Of a stretch of DNA of 64,000 bases, positions 1 through 8,768 are shown one piece after another (the stretch's first letter is position 1; every line of letters begins with the position of its first letter). Origin of the DNA: a virus (lineage: Duplodnaviria; Heunggongvirae; Uroviricota; Caudoviricetes); IMG/VR virus record IMGVR_UViG_3300042905_002309, positions 169,278 through 233,277 of that record. One strand, given 5' to 3'. The notes below the pieces were generated by a model. That model had not been told where the DNA came from and did not search any database. It saw nothing but the letters and a program-made list of their open reading frames with translations. The translations under genes and the position numbers were made by a program.

Positions 1-85
1 CCAAGAAGTATTTGGATTGGGTTAAGGGTATACGTGGTAAGTATGATGAAGAGAATGATGAATATGAGTATGGGTATGATGAAGG

Positions 86-358
86 TTGTGCGCCATGAAT
101 AAACGTTTCAGAGAAGTAATTTATTGTAACGGTTGTAGAAAAGAGCTTGACATTAATAATTTTTTCTGTAGTGAATGCGGTGGATCGGTGATAAATGGTA
201 AAATAGATCGTTTTGCTGTTGCAGAAGAAATTTATATTGAAATGAAGAACAAGTTTGTTTGGTATAAACCTTCAACATGGTTCAATACTTGTTTTTGGCA
301 GATTATTCAGATTAAGGATTGTTACGGATATACGCTCGATTCGATAAGAAAACATTAA
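86..358 (+). CDS. small Cys-rich (CxxC...CxxC) zinc-ribbon-like protein; C-terminus RKH overlaps conserved promoter element
   Basis: ORF track; two CxxC pairs; stop lies inside conserved agaaaacattaaaatttca promoter-upstream element. Confidence 0.5.
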   Translation: MCAMNKRFREVIYCNGCRKELDINNFFCSECGGSVINGKIDRFAVAEEIYIEMKNKFVWYKPSTWFNTCFWQIIQIKDCYGYTLDSIRKH

Positions 359-410
359 AATTTCACACAGCTATTGACATATGAACGGGTATATGGGAGA
401 CTTATTCACA
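345..410 (+). promoter_or_regulatory. early sigma70-like promoter cassette copy 1 (A-rich UP-like element, TTGACA 374-379, N17, GAGACT -10)
   Basis: Consensus shared with copies at 1185, 4595, 5420, 11172, 12168, 14778. Confidence 0.55.
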
Positions 411-458
411 TGGACAACGAAAGCATAGAAGAGTATATCAAGCGTAAAGGAAACTAAA

Positions 459-914
459 ATGAGTGTTGATCTAAGGACTTGTGTTAAGGGTGATAAGTTG
501 ATTTCAAAGCATGGAATGGTTCTGGAATATGTTGGGGTAACACCTGCGGGAAATTACAATGACCATTATGTGCAATATCCTGATGGGTCGAAAGGTACAC
601 GGACACATGAAGGATTCACATACAGGAATGTTGCTACACGGCTTGATACTGATCATGACATTGTGAACATTGTCAAGATTGTACCTAAAATTAAGATTAA
701 GTCTAAGGGACATCAGTTGTTCAATGTGCCTAACAACGAAGAGGGTAGAGAGTTCATACGCCTCATGAGGAAGTTCAACAACAAGAAACGCTTTGATTTG
801 AAGGGGCGTGGAAGTCGTTTAGTGTTTGCAAAGGCTACGAATGCTTACACGGCACAATGCAGTTTGCGTAAGTCTTATTCTGAATGGTTTGCTGTCTACA
901 CAAGAAAACACTAA
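459..914 (+). CDS. hypothetical protein (151 aa), ends RKH
   Basis: ORF track; RBS aaaggaaa upstream; same-strand packing. Confidence 0.55.
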   Translation: MSVDLRTCVKGDKLISKHGMVLEYVGVTPAGNYNDHYVQYPDGSKGTRTHEGFTYRNVATRLDTDHDIVNIVKIVPKIKIKSKGHQLFNVPNNEEGREFIRLMRKFNNKKRFDLKGRGSRLVFAKATNAYTAQCSLRKSYSEWFAVYTRKH

Positions 915-926
915 CAGGAGTGTATC

Positions 927-1196
927 ATGGATACATCGTATGAATGGGATTGGGAAGAGGTTGATACACACGGTGACATACTTGATCATAATTTTAGTGA
1001 TAAGCTCAAGAGTCAGCCTGAACCAGACAACGCACTAACACACTATGAATTAGTATTAGTTTACAATCGTGGTGATGATGTTGAAGGGATTGTTGATCGA
1101 TCATGGGCTTATGTACAGGATGGAAAGCTACCTGAAACCTTTCAGAATGGTATCAAGGTTCCTAAACGATTCCATGAAGAGATAAGAAAACATTAA
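927..1196 (+). CDS. hypothetical acidic protein (89 aa), ends RKH inside promoter element
   Basis: ORF track; RBS caggag upstream. Confidence 0.5.
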   Translation: MDTSYEWDWEEVDTHGDILDHNFSDKLKSQPEPDNALTHYELVLVYNRGDDVEGIVDRSWAYVQDGKLPETFQNGIKVPKRFHEEIRKH

Positions 1197-1250
1197 AATT
1201 TCATGCAGTAGTTGACATACTCATAGGGATGATGTAATCTTATTGAAGTT
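1185..1250 (+). promoter_or_regulatory. early promoter cassette copy 2 (TTGACA 1212-1217, N17, TAATCT; conserved tattgaagttgag leader)
   Basis: Near-identical to other copies. Confidence 0.55.
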
Positions 1251-1287
1251 GAGTGCATCAGGTAACAAACACAAACGGGAGAACGGT

Positions 1288-1671
1288 ATGAACGATCTGG
1301 AAAATGTCAAAGTCGGTGATAAGGTTGTGGCGATTAAGTATGGGTTTGGTTGTCTTCCTAGTGAACATACTTATACGGTGACGAGTATCACGCCTAAACT
1401 TCTGGTATGCAAGTGGGGTAATGATGCACAATACGCCACACGCATCAATAAAGAAACTGCCAAGGAGTATGGTGGTGAGTGTCATTATAATCATTCGTCG
1501 TACTTTCCTGAAACACATCAAACAGTTATCGAGCTTCATGCCAAGAAGTTTGAGTTGATGAAGTTTAACACGTTGAAAGAAGGTATCACCACGGCTATCA
1601 AGAATTCGTCTTGTCGTGCAGGGTTGTTGGCTTCACTTGAAATGATTCTTGAAATGGAGAAAGGTTCATAA
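1288..1671 (+). CDS. hypothetical protein
   Basis: ORF track (1243 TTG start); ATG 1288 follows RBS gggagaa and lies downstream of promoter copy 2. Confidence 0.55.
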   Translation: MNDLENVKVGDKVVAIKYGFGCLPSEHTYTVTSITPKLLVCKWGNDAQYATRINKETAKEYGGECHYNHSSYFPETHQTVIELHAKKFELMKFNTLKEGITTAIKNSSCRAGLLASLEMILEMEKGS

Positions 1672-1672
1672 T

Positions 1673-1930
1673 ATGTCTGATAAAGTAATTTTAACTGATA
1701 GTGTTGAAGATATATTAAAGAGTCATTTTGTCGGTAAAGTGATTTGGGACTTAGAATTTGGTACACGTACAGGTGAACGTTGGAAAGCTATTGGTCGGCG
1801 TATTGTTCGTATTGAATTAGGTGTCAATTTTGATGGGGATCGTGGCACGTTTGTTTATGTCGAAGGTATGGATTTTGGGGATGAAGGTATCTTTGTTCGT
1901 GGTAACGAATCAATTTATGTTGAGTACTAA
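1673..1930 (+). CDS. hypothetical protein
   Basis: ORF track; ATG 1673 with RBS gaaagg just upstream. Confidence 0.5.
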   Translation: MSDKVILTDSVEDILKSHFVGKVIWDLEFGTRTGERWKAIGRRIVRIELGVNFDGDRGTFVYVEGMDFGDEGIFVRGNESIYVEY

Positions 1931-1935
1931 AAGAT

Positions 1936-2145
1936 ATGAAAAAAGATTTAAAAGAACTGTTTAAAGTTATGGTAGCTGATGGGTGGCGTGTCAACCATGC
2001 AACAAAGCATTTGATGTGCTATGCGCCCAACGGTAAGGATATTCTAACCGTTGCAGGAACTTCCTCAGACCGAAATTTGATTCGGGTGTTAGGTCGTCAG
2101 ATGAAACATCTTGGTTATGTTGGATACACAAGATATTACAGATAG
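1936..2145 (+). CDS. HicA/YcfA-like small protein (mRNA interferase fold)
   Basis: DGWR...TKHL...APNGKDILTV.G......IRVLGRQMKHLG pattern resembles the HicA toxin family. Recalled motif, moderate confidence. Confidence 0.4.
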   Translation: MKKDLKELFKVMVADGWRVNHATKHLMCYAPNGKDILTVAGTSSDRNLIRVLGRQMKHLGYVGYTRYYR

Positions 2146-2150
2146 GATTT

Positions 2151-2396
2151 ATGAAACCACAAAGTCAAATAGCACATTACGATACTGAAATAGAATTATG
2201 TAAAGTTCGTATCGCTTACTGGTTAAGTTTTGCCACAAGTGAAACTAATTATAATAGAGTGGTTCAGAAGAATTATCACAGAAATCTAAATCGTGCAGAG
2301 CTTGAGAAAGAAGCTTTTGAGGTTGCAGAACGTCATATCGAGCGTATGCAACAGTTATCAGAAGCTAAAATAAAATTTATTGAGGAATTACCATGA
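2151..2396 (+). CDS. hypothetical protein (81 aa)
   Basis: ORF track; tight packing. Confidence 0.5.
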   Translation: MKPQSQIAHYDTEIELCKVRIAYWLSFATSETNYNRVVQKNYHRNLNRAELEKEAFEVAERHIERMQQLSEAKIKFIEELP

Positions 2397-2617
2397 TAGC
2401 AATCTTAGGTGGTATAACACTGGTCTTATTTATAACACTTCTAATATGTTTTCTAGTTATCCGATTTTTACACAACATGTGTAAATCATATGAAAACATT
2501 GTAGATACCTATGAAATTATGGAATGTGACTATAATCGTCTAGTAACTAATTATGCACACTTAGCACAGAAACTAGAAGCTTACAAGCGAATCATTGATA
2601 CTTATCGTGAGGGTTGA
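2393..2617 (+). CDS. small membrane protein (N-terminal TM helix)
   Basis: ORF track; hydrophobic N-terminus ILGGITLVLFITLLICFLVI. Confidence 0.45.
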   Translation: MIAILGGITLVLFITLLICFLVIRFLHNMCKSYENIVDTYEIMECDYNRLVTNYAHLAQKLEAYKRIIDTYREG

Positions 2618-2618
2618 T

Positions 2619-3098
2619 ATGTGTAATCCAAAACATAAAACTATTACACAAATTTTTGTACATGATCCACATCCATATTCACAAGCTTCACTGATTAAGT
2701 TACAACGTGATTATCGGCTGTTGGATGTTGATTGTTGGAACTACAATAAAGATTGGCGCAGAAATTATCTATCGACAAAGGTTGATAAACATGGTAAGTT
2801 GGTATGTGAATATTGTGGTAAGCGTAATTTACAGATTAAAGTTAATGGTAAATGTAATCAACATCTATTAGCCACGGTTGACCATGTGCGCCCTCTTAGT
2901 AAGGGTGGAAGTAAGTATGATACGAATAACTTCAAGGTGTGTTGTCCTGCCTGTAACTTGTTAAAGGATGATAGGACATTGGCTGAGTTTATGATTGATC
3001 TTGAAGCTTCTGGTAAAATTATTCGAAAAGAAAAGTTAAGTATTTTGAAGAGATGTTTGACAAAGGTTAAGGGTTGGTATAAGCTTATTAACAGTTGA
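2619..3098 (+). CDS. HNH homing endonuclease
   Basis: CEYCGKRN...ATVDHVRPLSKGG...NNFKVCCPACNLLK is a classic HNH motif; immediately upstream of the tRNA-like region. Confidence 0.8.
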   Translation: MCNPKHKTITQIFVHDPHPYSQASLIKLQRDYRLLDVDCWNYNKDWRRNYLSTKVDKHGKLVCEYCGKRNLQIKVNGKCNQHLLATVDHVRPLSKGGSKYDTNNFKVCCPACNLLKDDRTLAEFMIDLEASGKIIRKEKLSILKRCLTKVKGWYKLINS

Positions 3099-3113
3099 AC
3101 GAGATAGACAAAT

Positions 3114-3201
3114 GGTTGTTAACCGGATCGTCTAAATTGGCTAGGACACTTCAATGTATTTGGAGAGACTGTGGGTTCGATTCCCTACCGATTAACAACC
3201 G
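3114..3201 (+). tRNA. tRNA-like element (T-loop-like GGTTCGATTCC; 12-bp terminal helix GGTTGTTAACCG/CGATTAACAACC); isotype unresolved
   Basis: T-loop consensus and long terminal stem seen by eye; canonical cloverleaf could not be completed. Confidence 0.3.
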
Positions 3202-3401
3202 AAGGAACGTTACGTGAAATCCTCATTCAATTTGTGGTTAAAGGATTGTGAACGACTCGTAAGAATTGAAAACGATTTGATAACCACTTTATTTTCAGTG
3301 TGGTGTTCCAGAGATGAACATGACCCCTGCTTAGATCAGGTAGCGATTCGACGATGAAGCCACATTTAATTTATTGAAGTTGAAACACAAAGGAGCGTGT
3401 C

Positions 3402-3551
3402 ATGGATAAAGTAATCTGTAGTTGTTGTAAAGATCATGAAGCGGAACATTACGTGAAATCCCCTAATATTAATTTTGAATTTGTTGAAGAGATAGACGGT
3501 CATGGAACGAAGTACAAGGGAAGTTACTGGAACAAGAAACAACGTGTTTGA
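3402..3551 (+). CDS. 49-aa ORF, 5'-duplicated truncated paralog of the 4675-4929 Cys-rich gene
   Basis: 79-bp near-identical repeat (3371-3449 vs 4644-4722) covering leader, RBS and the first ~15 codons, then divergent. Confidence 0.3.
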   Translation: MDKVICSCCKDHEAEHYVKSPNINFEFVEEIDGHGTKYKGSYWNKKQRV

Positions 3552-3621
3552 ATTACGAACTCAATAGAAAGTGAAATCCTCTTTAACATTATTTTCAGTG
3601 TCCGTACAATGAGGTAAAATT

Positions 3622-3828
3622 ATGGATGAATATTTCAAATCTGAGGTGATCGATCAGCGTGGTAAAACTTTTGAAGAGGTTGCCACGTTGGATGGTAGTA
3701 ATCGGTGTAAGAAGTGTGCGTTCAGTCAGTATGACCCTGTGTTTGATTGTCTTGCTGATGAATATGGTATGCCTTCTTGTGAAGATCGTCTTGATGGAAC
3801 TACTGTATATTTCAAGAAAGTGAGTTAA
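3622..3828 (+). CDS. small Cys-containing protein
   Basis: ORF track; RBS gaggtaaaa. Confidence 0.45.
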   Translation: MDEYFKSEVIDQRGKTFEEVATLDGSNRCKKCAFSQYDPVFDCLADEYGMPSCEDRLDGTTVYFKKVS

Positions 3829-3829
3829 T

Positions 3830-4045
3830 ATGAAGAATAACAATGATGATGAGAATATGGCTTTTTTGGGGTTTATTATTGGCCTTGGGTTAGGTATATG
3901 TGCAATGGTAGTTGTTGCAATAAATGTTGCTGATGGTGCGGAACATCGTCAGAAAGTAAAGGCTGTACAAGCGGGTGTTGCACACTGGAACACTGCCACA
4001 AGTGGTGAGGTTACATTCAGTTTTAACACTGTTACGAATAAGTAA
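3830..4045 (+). CDS. small membrane protein
   Basis: ORF track; TM helix FLGFIIGLGLGICAMVVVAI. Confidence 0.45.
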   Translation: MKNNNDDENMAFLGFIIGLGLGICAMVVVAINVADGAEHRQKVKAVQAGVAHWNTATSGEVTFSFNTVTNK

Positions 4046-4054
4046 GGAATAAAT

Positions 4055-4348
4055 ATGTCTACACTATGGGGAAGCGTTGATGGTTCTATCCGTAACTTTA
4101 AGGCTATGGGTGATACACATTTGGCTAATGTTTTGTTGCATGTTCAACATTACAAGGGATATCCGATAACTATTCAGCATGAGATTTATAAGGAGATTGA
4201 GGCACGAGGTCTTTCAATGGAGTTTGTAAAAGGTGCGCCTTATCCTTGGAAGCATAAGCATACTGGCGAATGGTATATCTGGTCTTTTGATCGTGGGTAT
4301 GTTAAGAAGATTACAGAAGCAGAGGTTCTAGCGAGAGGATTAAAATGA
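4055..4348 (+). CDS. hypothetical protein
   Basis: ORF track; RBS taaggaataaat. Confidence 0.5.
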   Translation: MSTLWGSVDGSIRNFKAMGDTHLANVLLHVQHYKGYPITIQHEIYKEIEARGLSMEFVKGAPYPWKHKHTGEWYIWSFDRGYVKKITEAEVLARGLK

Positions 4349-4599
4349 ATTTATTTAATATATTTAAGAAAAAGAAGGTGGAAGTAGTTCTCACCGTTCC
4401 AAAGGGTTACGTCATTTTGAAGAATGGTATCGGTGAATATAAGTGGGAGAACACTAAAACAGGACGTAGTTCAGCCGATTACTCTTATGATATGTTTAAG
4501 AGTTATGATGAGGCTGTTCAAGATTTAATTAGAACTATTGAATGGTCAGAACGTTCCAGATTGCGTGATGTGTGGGAACGTCTTGATAAGAAAAGTTAA
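4345..4599 (+). CDS. hypothetical protein
   Basis: ORF track; ATGA overlap with upstream gene. Confidence 0.5.
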   Translation: MNLFNIFKKKKVEVVLTVPKGYVILKNGIGEYKWENTKTGRSSADYSYDMFKSYDEAVQDLIRTIEWSERSRLRDVWERLDKKS

Positions 4600-4660
4600 G
4601 TATTTCACAAGCCTATTGACATCTTAGTACACATGGTGCATACTTATTGAAGTTGAAACA
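4595..4660 (+). promoter_or_regulatory. early promoter cassette copy 3 (TTGACA 4616-4621, CATACT -10, conserved leader with aaggag RBS)
   Basis: Consensus shared with other copies. Confidence 0.55.
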
Positions 4661-4674
4661 CAAAGGAGCGTGTC

Positions 4675-4929
4675 ATGGATAAAGTAATCTGTAGTTGTTG
4701 TAAAGATCGTGAAGCGGAACATACTGGTAAAATTGAGTGTGAAGGTGATGAAGTAAGTCTTTGTTGGTCTTGTATGTCTCAAAAAGAATTAGCTTGGAAT
4801 TATGATGGCTATTTCTGTTCGGATCACGAGACTTGTCATATGTGCGGAGGTCGTGCAACTTGGTGTTCGTGTTGTCAAACCTATTTATCACATTGTTGTC
4901 AGGATTATGGTACTTGTCAATGTTCATAA
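4675..4929 (+). CDS. Cys-rich (about 17 Cys in 84 aa) putative metal-binding protein
   Basis: ORF track; many CxxC/CC pairs; perfect RBS. Confidence 0.55.
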   Translation: MDKVICSCCKDREAEHTGKIECEGDEVSLCWSCMSQKELAWNYDGYFCSDHETCHMCGGRATWCSCCQTYLSHCCQDYGTCQCS

Positions 4930-4955
4930 GGTTTGTTAAATAAAGGATTAATATT

Positions 4956-5210
4956 ATGGAAATCTTGAAAAGAAGTGATGATTTTTGGAAAGCACCAAAA
5001 GCAGTAGCGGTATCCGAAACGGATGTTATGCAGTGGATTGAACGCTCTATTAAGGAACTTCAAATTTATCCAACGCTTGAAATTGCCTGTGTTAGTTCAG
5101 GCAATAGGATGATAGAAGTTGAACGTGATGGATTTGATGAATCTGATAATAGACCTTTGTATAAAGCTTTTGTGTTTACTGATTACGAAATTTTCAAACT
5201 TAAAGGATAA
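4956..5210 (+). CDS. hypothetical protein
   Basis: ORF track. Confidence 0.5.
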   Translation: MEILKRSDDFWKAPKAVAVSETDVMQWIERSIKELQIYPTLEIACVSSGNRMIEVERDGFDESDNRPLYKAFVFTDYEIFKLKG

Positions 5211-5214
5211 AATT

Positions 5215-5421
5215 ATGGAAAAGTCAGAAGTATGCAATCAATGTTTTCTGTTGTTTCACACACATCGATTATTTGAGCAATTGAGTAACCCTGCGTGTCC
5301 TATCTGTGGTCAACCTATCACTACTGGTGAATTGATTCACTTGGAACCTACTGGTGATGGGCGTATCATGTACTCACATGGCGAATGTTTTCACTTTGTG
5401 GACTCTGAATCAGCCGTTTAA
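5215..5421 (+). CDS. zinc-ribbon small protein (CNQC...CPICG)
   Basis: ATG 5215 with RBS aaaggataaaatt; the track ORF started earlier at a non-ATG codon. Confidence 0.5.
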   Translation: MEKSEVCNQCFLLFHTHRLFEQLSNPACPICGQPITTGELIHLEPTGDGRIMYSHGECFHFVDSESAV

Positions 5422-5485
5422 GAAAACATTAAAATTTCATAATCCTATTGACAAGTTGATAGGGATATGAGAGACTTATTGAAGT
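5420..5485 (+). promoter_or_regulatory. early promoter cassette copy 4 (TTGACA 5448-5453, GAGACT -10)
   Basis: Consensus. Confidence 0.55.
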
Positions 5486-5516
5486 TGAACGAAAACTACT
5501 AACAAAGGATAATAAA

Positions 5517-5891
5517 ATGCAAAAGAGTTACAAAGCTTATAACGGAACGGAATTGACATTTGAGCGTGTGAAGTTCATTTTGAATCAAGGGAATTACATC
5601 GAAGCTATCAAGACGTATCGTTCTATCACTGGTGCGATGTTGAAGGAAGCAAAGGATGCAATCGATCAGAATTGTGCAAAGCGTAATCCTCAAGGTCAGA
5701 TGTACATTGATTATAGTAGTGCTGTGGCTTACTTTGAACCATTCTTCAAGCCTGATACGAAAGGGCTTTTGGAAGCTTTGACCTGTGCCATTGATAATTG
5801 GGAAACCTTGGGATTCGATTCACCTGTCAAAGCGTGTGAGAAGGTTTTGATTAATTTTGGTGCAAGTATTCATGCGCCTTGTGGATGTTAA
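5517..5891 (+). CDS. hypothetical protein (124 aa)
   Basis: ORF track; RBS aaggataataaa. Confidence 0.55.
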   Translation: MQKSYKAYNGTELTFERVKFILNQGNYIEAIKTYRSITGAMLKEAKDAIDQNCAKRNPQGQMYIDYSSAVAYFEPFFKPDTKGLLEALTCAIDNWETLGFDSPVKACEKVLINFGASIHAPCGC

Positions 5892-5895
5892 ATTT

Positions 5896-6123
5896 ATGTA
5901 CGAACTTCATGGAACAACGCTTAACGGATTCTTCACGGATAGTGAATATTGGGATTGCTCTTGTGATAACAATTACATTCATAAGAAATCTTCTGGTAAC
6001 TATTGTCCAAATTGTAATAAATTTATGGAAGAGATGCCTGACAGTCGTGTACTAGAGATTCCTAAACACTATGGCGATTACTCTGATAAATATATTCAAC
6101 ATAAAGTTTATGAGGAAGCATGA
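5896..6123 (+). CDS. zinc-ribbon small protein (CSCD...CPNCNKF)
   Basis: ORF track, ATG 5896. Confidence 0.5.
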   Translation: MYELHGTTLNGFFTDSEYWDCSCDNNYIHKKSSGNYCPNCNKFMEEMPDSRVLEIPKHYGDYSDKYIQHKVYEEA

Positions 6124-6329
6124 TGAAGATTGGACAGAAATTTAATGTAGAGGGTGAGGGAACCTTCATCACAGAAGCTATTACTGAACCAGTGGGTGAC
6201 GATGTTGATGTGTGTGCGGGGTGCGTAGCTGATGGATTACCCTTATGTGGTAAGATGCCTATAGAATGCACAACGGATTCCGAAAAGGGTGTATGGTTCG
6301 TTTATAAGAAATTTGAGAAGAAGTCATGA
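6120..6329 (+). CDS. hypothetical protein
   Basis: ORF track; ATGA overlap. Confidence 0.45.
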   Translation: MMKIGQKFNVEGEGTFITEAITEPVGDDVDVCAGCVADGLPLCGKMPIECTTDSEKGVWFVYKKFEKKS

Positions 6330-6490
6330 ACACCATCGAACATAAGCTATTTCGTGAGATGTTAAATCTGAGTGAGGAAGCACTAACTTTTGCTCACAAA
6401 TCCCCCTACAAAGCTGAATATAAGCTTATTAAAAAGCAGTATACCAGTATCGTTAAGCGATATCAGAAGCTTATTCAAAAGAAAACCTGA
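6326..6490 (+). CDS. small ORF (54 aa) not in track
   Basis: Read by eye; ATGA overlap with the upstream gene; same strand. Confidence 0.35.
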   Translation: MNTIEHKLFREMLNLSEEALTFAHKSPYKAEYKLIKKQYTSIVKRYQKLIQKKT

Positions 6491-6545
6491 GTATTTATAG
6501 ACAACCATTCTACCTTGTGGCATACTTTTAACAGTTGAAACACAA
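6483..6545 (+). promoter_or_regulatory. degenerate early promoter cassette copy 5 (CATACT -10 and conserved leader retained, -35 degenerate)
   Basis: cctgagtattt...catacttttaacagttgaaacacaaagg. Confidence 0.35.
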
Positions 6546-6554
6546 AGGTTAAAT

Positions 6555-6695
6555 ATGGCAACAAAACGTAAAGGTACATTGGTAGTGGCGAAAGAATGGT
6601 GGAAACATTTGCGTCCATTCGGTAAGCGTAATACAGCAAAGCGTGAGCGTCTTGCGAGTAAAAGAGAGATTAAAAAGGATATCAAAGATGAATAA
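6555..6695 (+). CDS. small basic ORF (46 aa)
   Basis: Read by eye, directly downstream of the conserved leader. Confidence 0.4.
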   Translation: MATKRKGTLVVAKEWWKHLRPFGKRNTAKRERLASKREIKKDIKDE

Positions 6696-7485
6696 ACTAA
6701 TTTTAATAATTTCTATTATAATCTTGGCGAATATTTCATATGGGAAGGGGTTCTGGTTTATTTCAATTCCCGTACATCAGGATAAAATACATCATATTGA
6801 TGATAATGGTAATGTTTATTATGATTCTGATGTCAAAGCTGATCAAAAAAGAAGTGCTGAAATTCAGAGACAAATAGATGCTAAATCTGGTCAATATTAT
6901 GAAGAATTTTTAAAAAATGATAGAAAATGGAAAGCAGAACGGGAAGAAAAAGAAAGAATAAAATTACAAAAACAAGCGGAATATCAAACTAAAAAGAATG
7001 ACTATGATGCGGAATATATTAACATTAATGTCAAATATAACTCAATATTATCTAACGCTGATGTGAATTATAAATCACCTCCAGATGTACTTTTACAATG
7101 CTTATCTGTTAGTAATAAATATGATCAAGAAATAATTAAACTTAAAAATAAATACTATAAACGAATTTCCTTTTTACAGGAACGACATGGCTTGAAGGAA
7201 GGATATTATAATAATGCAAAGGAATTAATGACTAGTAACGACCCCATTATGGTTAAAACTAGAACTAGAATGACAATGGAATATAATATTAAAATTGTAG
7301 AATTAAATAAAGAAATAAAAGATCAAATGTATGAATACGCACAGGTTCGGGATGAAAGAGTAAAAGAAATATTAAGATGGAATAAAAATAATACGTTGCG
7401 TGGTATTGATAAACAAAGAGAATCAAAACTAAAAGCATTAAAAGTTCCTGAACTGGAACGTCAATATAGTAATGATTATAATTAA
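6688..7485 (+). CDS. secreted K/E-rich coiled-coil protein with signal peptide
   Basis: ATG 6688 (MNKLILIISIIILANISYG), then charged repeats. Confidence 0.6.
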   Translation: MNKLILIISIIILANISYGKGFWFISIPVHQDKIHHIDDNGNVYYDSDVKADQKRSAEIQRQIDAKSGQYYEEFLKNDRKWKAEREEKERIKLQKQAEYQTKKNDYDAEYININVKYNSILSNADVNYKSPPDVLLQCLSVSNKYDQEIIKLKNKYYKRISFLQERHGLKEGYYNNAKELMTSNDPIMVKTRTRMTMEYNIKIVELNKEIKDQMYEYAQVRDERVKEILRWNKNNTLRGIDKQRESKLKALKVPELERQYSNDYN

Positions 7486-7536
7486 TTATTCTTCAATATC
7501 TTGTGGTAGTTCAGGTTGTGGATGTGGAGAAGGGAT

Positions 7537-7716
7537 ATGAAATACTGCATAGATGATAAAATAATCACTGAATTGGCAAGATTGTTGAAATTTTCTTTAG
7601 ACAATCCGTATTTGTCGCAAATAGATTATAATCAACATCTTGAAGAGTCAAAAGTATTGTTGGAACGAGTGAAAAAGAAACAGTACGATTTGACATCTGA
7701 AAGAAGCTTGTTATAA
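7537..7716 (+). CDS. hypothetical small protein
   Basis: ORF track; ATG 7537 with RBS gagaagggat. Confidence 0.4.
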   Translation: MKYCIDDKIITELARLLKFSLDNPYLSQIDYNQHLEESKVLLERVKKKQYDLTSERSLL

Positions 7717-7847
7717 TTATTTTCTTCTGAACGAAGTGAATAATTTTTAAGACGTTATGAAGAAGTTTTAAAGACTATTAAGAACAGTAAAGAGGATAAG
7801 CAGAGTATTAAGATTAAGAGAGCTTTATAAAGCTTTGAAAAGGATTT

Positions 7848-8066
7848 ATGACAACTGATGAAATAATTGATAAAGTAGTTGATGAATGGTTTGATAAGAA
7901 GTCTTCACAGTTCATGACACAAGAATCATTGATTAAGACTCTTAAAACCCGTTTTAATGAAGGTGTGTTTATTGATCTTAAAGATGCTTGTCCAGTGTGT
8001 AAAGAACAGTACAATTATACACCTATTTGTATTAATTGTGGTCGCATTCCGTTGATTGGAGCTTAA
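7848..8066 (+). CDS. zinc-ribbon small protein (CPVC...CINCG)
   Basis: ORF track. Confidence 0.5.
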   Translation: MTTDEIIDKVVDEWFDKKSSQFMTQESLIKTLKTRFNEGVFIDLKDACPVCKEQYNYTPICINCGRIPLIGA

Positions 8067-8067
8067 T

Positions 8068-8262
8068 ATGATACCTAAGAAGATTCGTAGAACGTTGACC
8101 ATTGACAAAGCTAGTTATGAGTATTGTGTAACTGGCAGGTTTGCTAAAAGCATCTTTGTAAAGAATTTAGGTACAAAGAAGAGTTTTAGTGTGTATATCG
8201 ATGATGAAGTTGGTATTCATCCGTGGGATATTAAAAAGTTGATTGGTGAAAAGAAAATCTGA
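8068..8262 (+). CDS. hypothetical small protein
   Basis: ORF track, ATG 8068. Confidence 0.45.
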   Translation: MIPKKIRRTLTIDKASYEYCVTGRFAKSIFVKNLGTKKSFSVYIDDEVGIHPWDIKKLIGEKKI

Positions 8263-8419
8263 AAATTGTTGTTGACGTTTTAAAGAATTTATGAGACACT
8301 GATTTAAGTTGGATGCAGAAAGACATTCGTAGCACGATTAGACTATGTGCAACTCCATTACAGGAGTCGAAAGCAGGAATTGGTCGGCCTGTCGGATGGA
8401 ACAATAGTGAAATCTCTGT

Positions 8420-8517
8420 ACAACTAGCGCAGAATTAAGGATAGACGTTTGGTAGTGTAATGGGAAACACGCACCTTTTATCAAGGTGAATAGCAGGTTC
8501 GATTCCTGCCCTTGGAA
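8420..8517 (+). tRNA. tRNA-like element / possible pseudo-tRNA (D-arm-like GTGT-AATGGGAA-ACAC, perfect T-arm GCAGG-TTCGATT-CCTGC; acceptor pairing not found)
   Basis: Read by eye; followed by GTGAAATCC motif as at 3214. Confidence 0.3.
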
Positions 8518-8572
8518 CAATTTGTGAAATCCCTTATTTTTTAATTTTGAGTTGTGTAAACGAAGGAATAAA

Positions 8573-8755
8573 ATGGAAGACGAAATTATGAATTTTGGTG
8601 GAAAATTTAATGCGGTTAAGGTTATTGTGTTGGTTGGATTAGGATTCGTTTTTATCTGTGGTTCAATAGGTTATCTAACTGACCATGTAATTGCAGGAAG
8701 TTTTATTGGGTTAGGAATTGCGTGTCTTGCGTCAGCTATTTATATTGAAAATTGA
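8573..8755 (+). CDS. small membrane protein (2 TM)
   Basis: ORF track; ATG 8573, RBS aaggaataaa. Confidence 0.45.
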   Translation: MEDEIMNFGGKFNAVKVIVLVGLGFVFICGSIGYLTDHVIAGSFIGLGIACLASAIYIEN

Positions 8756-8768
8756 AAGGAATAAAATT

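Noticed and set aside
504-713. Minus-strand ORFs embedded in plus-strand genes (e.g. 504-713, 1258-1539, 4673-4927, 6383-6685, 14960-15379, 17194-18147, 54716-54916 on +)
   Set aside because: They overlap confidently called genes on the opposite strand, lack RBS, and are low-complexity. They are typical antisense artefacts in AT-rich DNA.
8307-8517. Single long tRNA with group I intron spanning 8307-8517
   Set aside because: No acceptor pairing could be found at any plausible 5' end, and 210 nt is too short for a group I intron plus tRNA. Kept only as a tRNA-like element.
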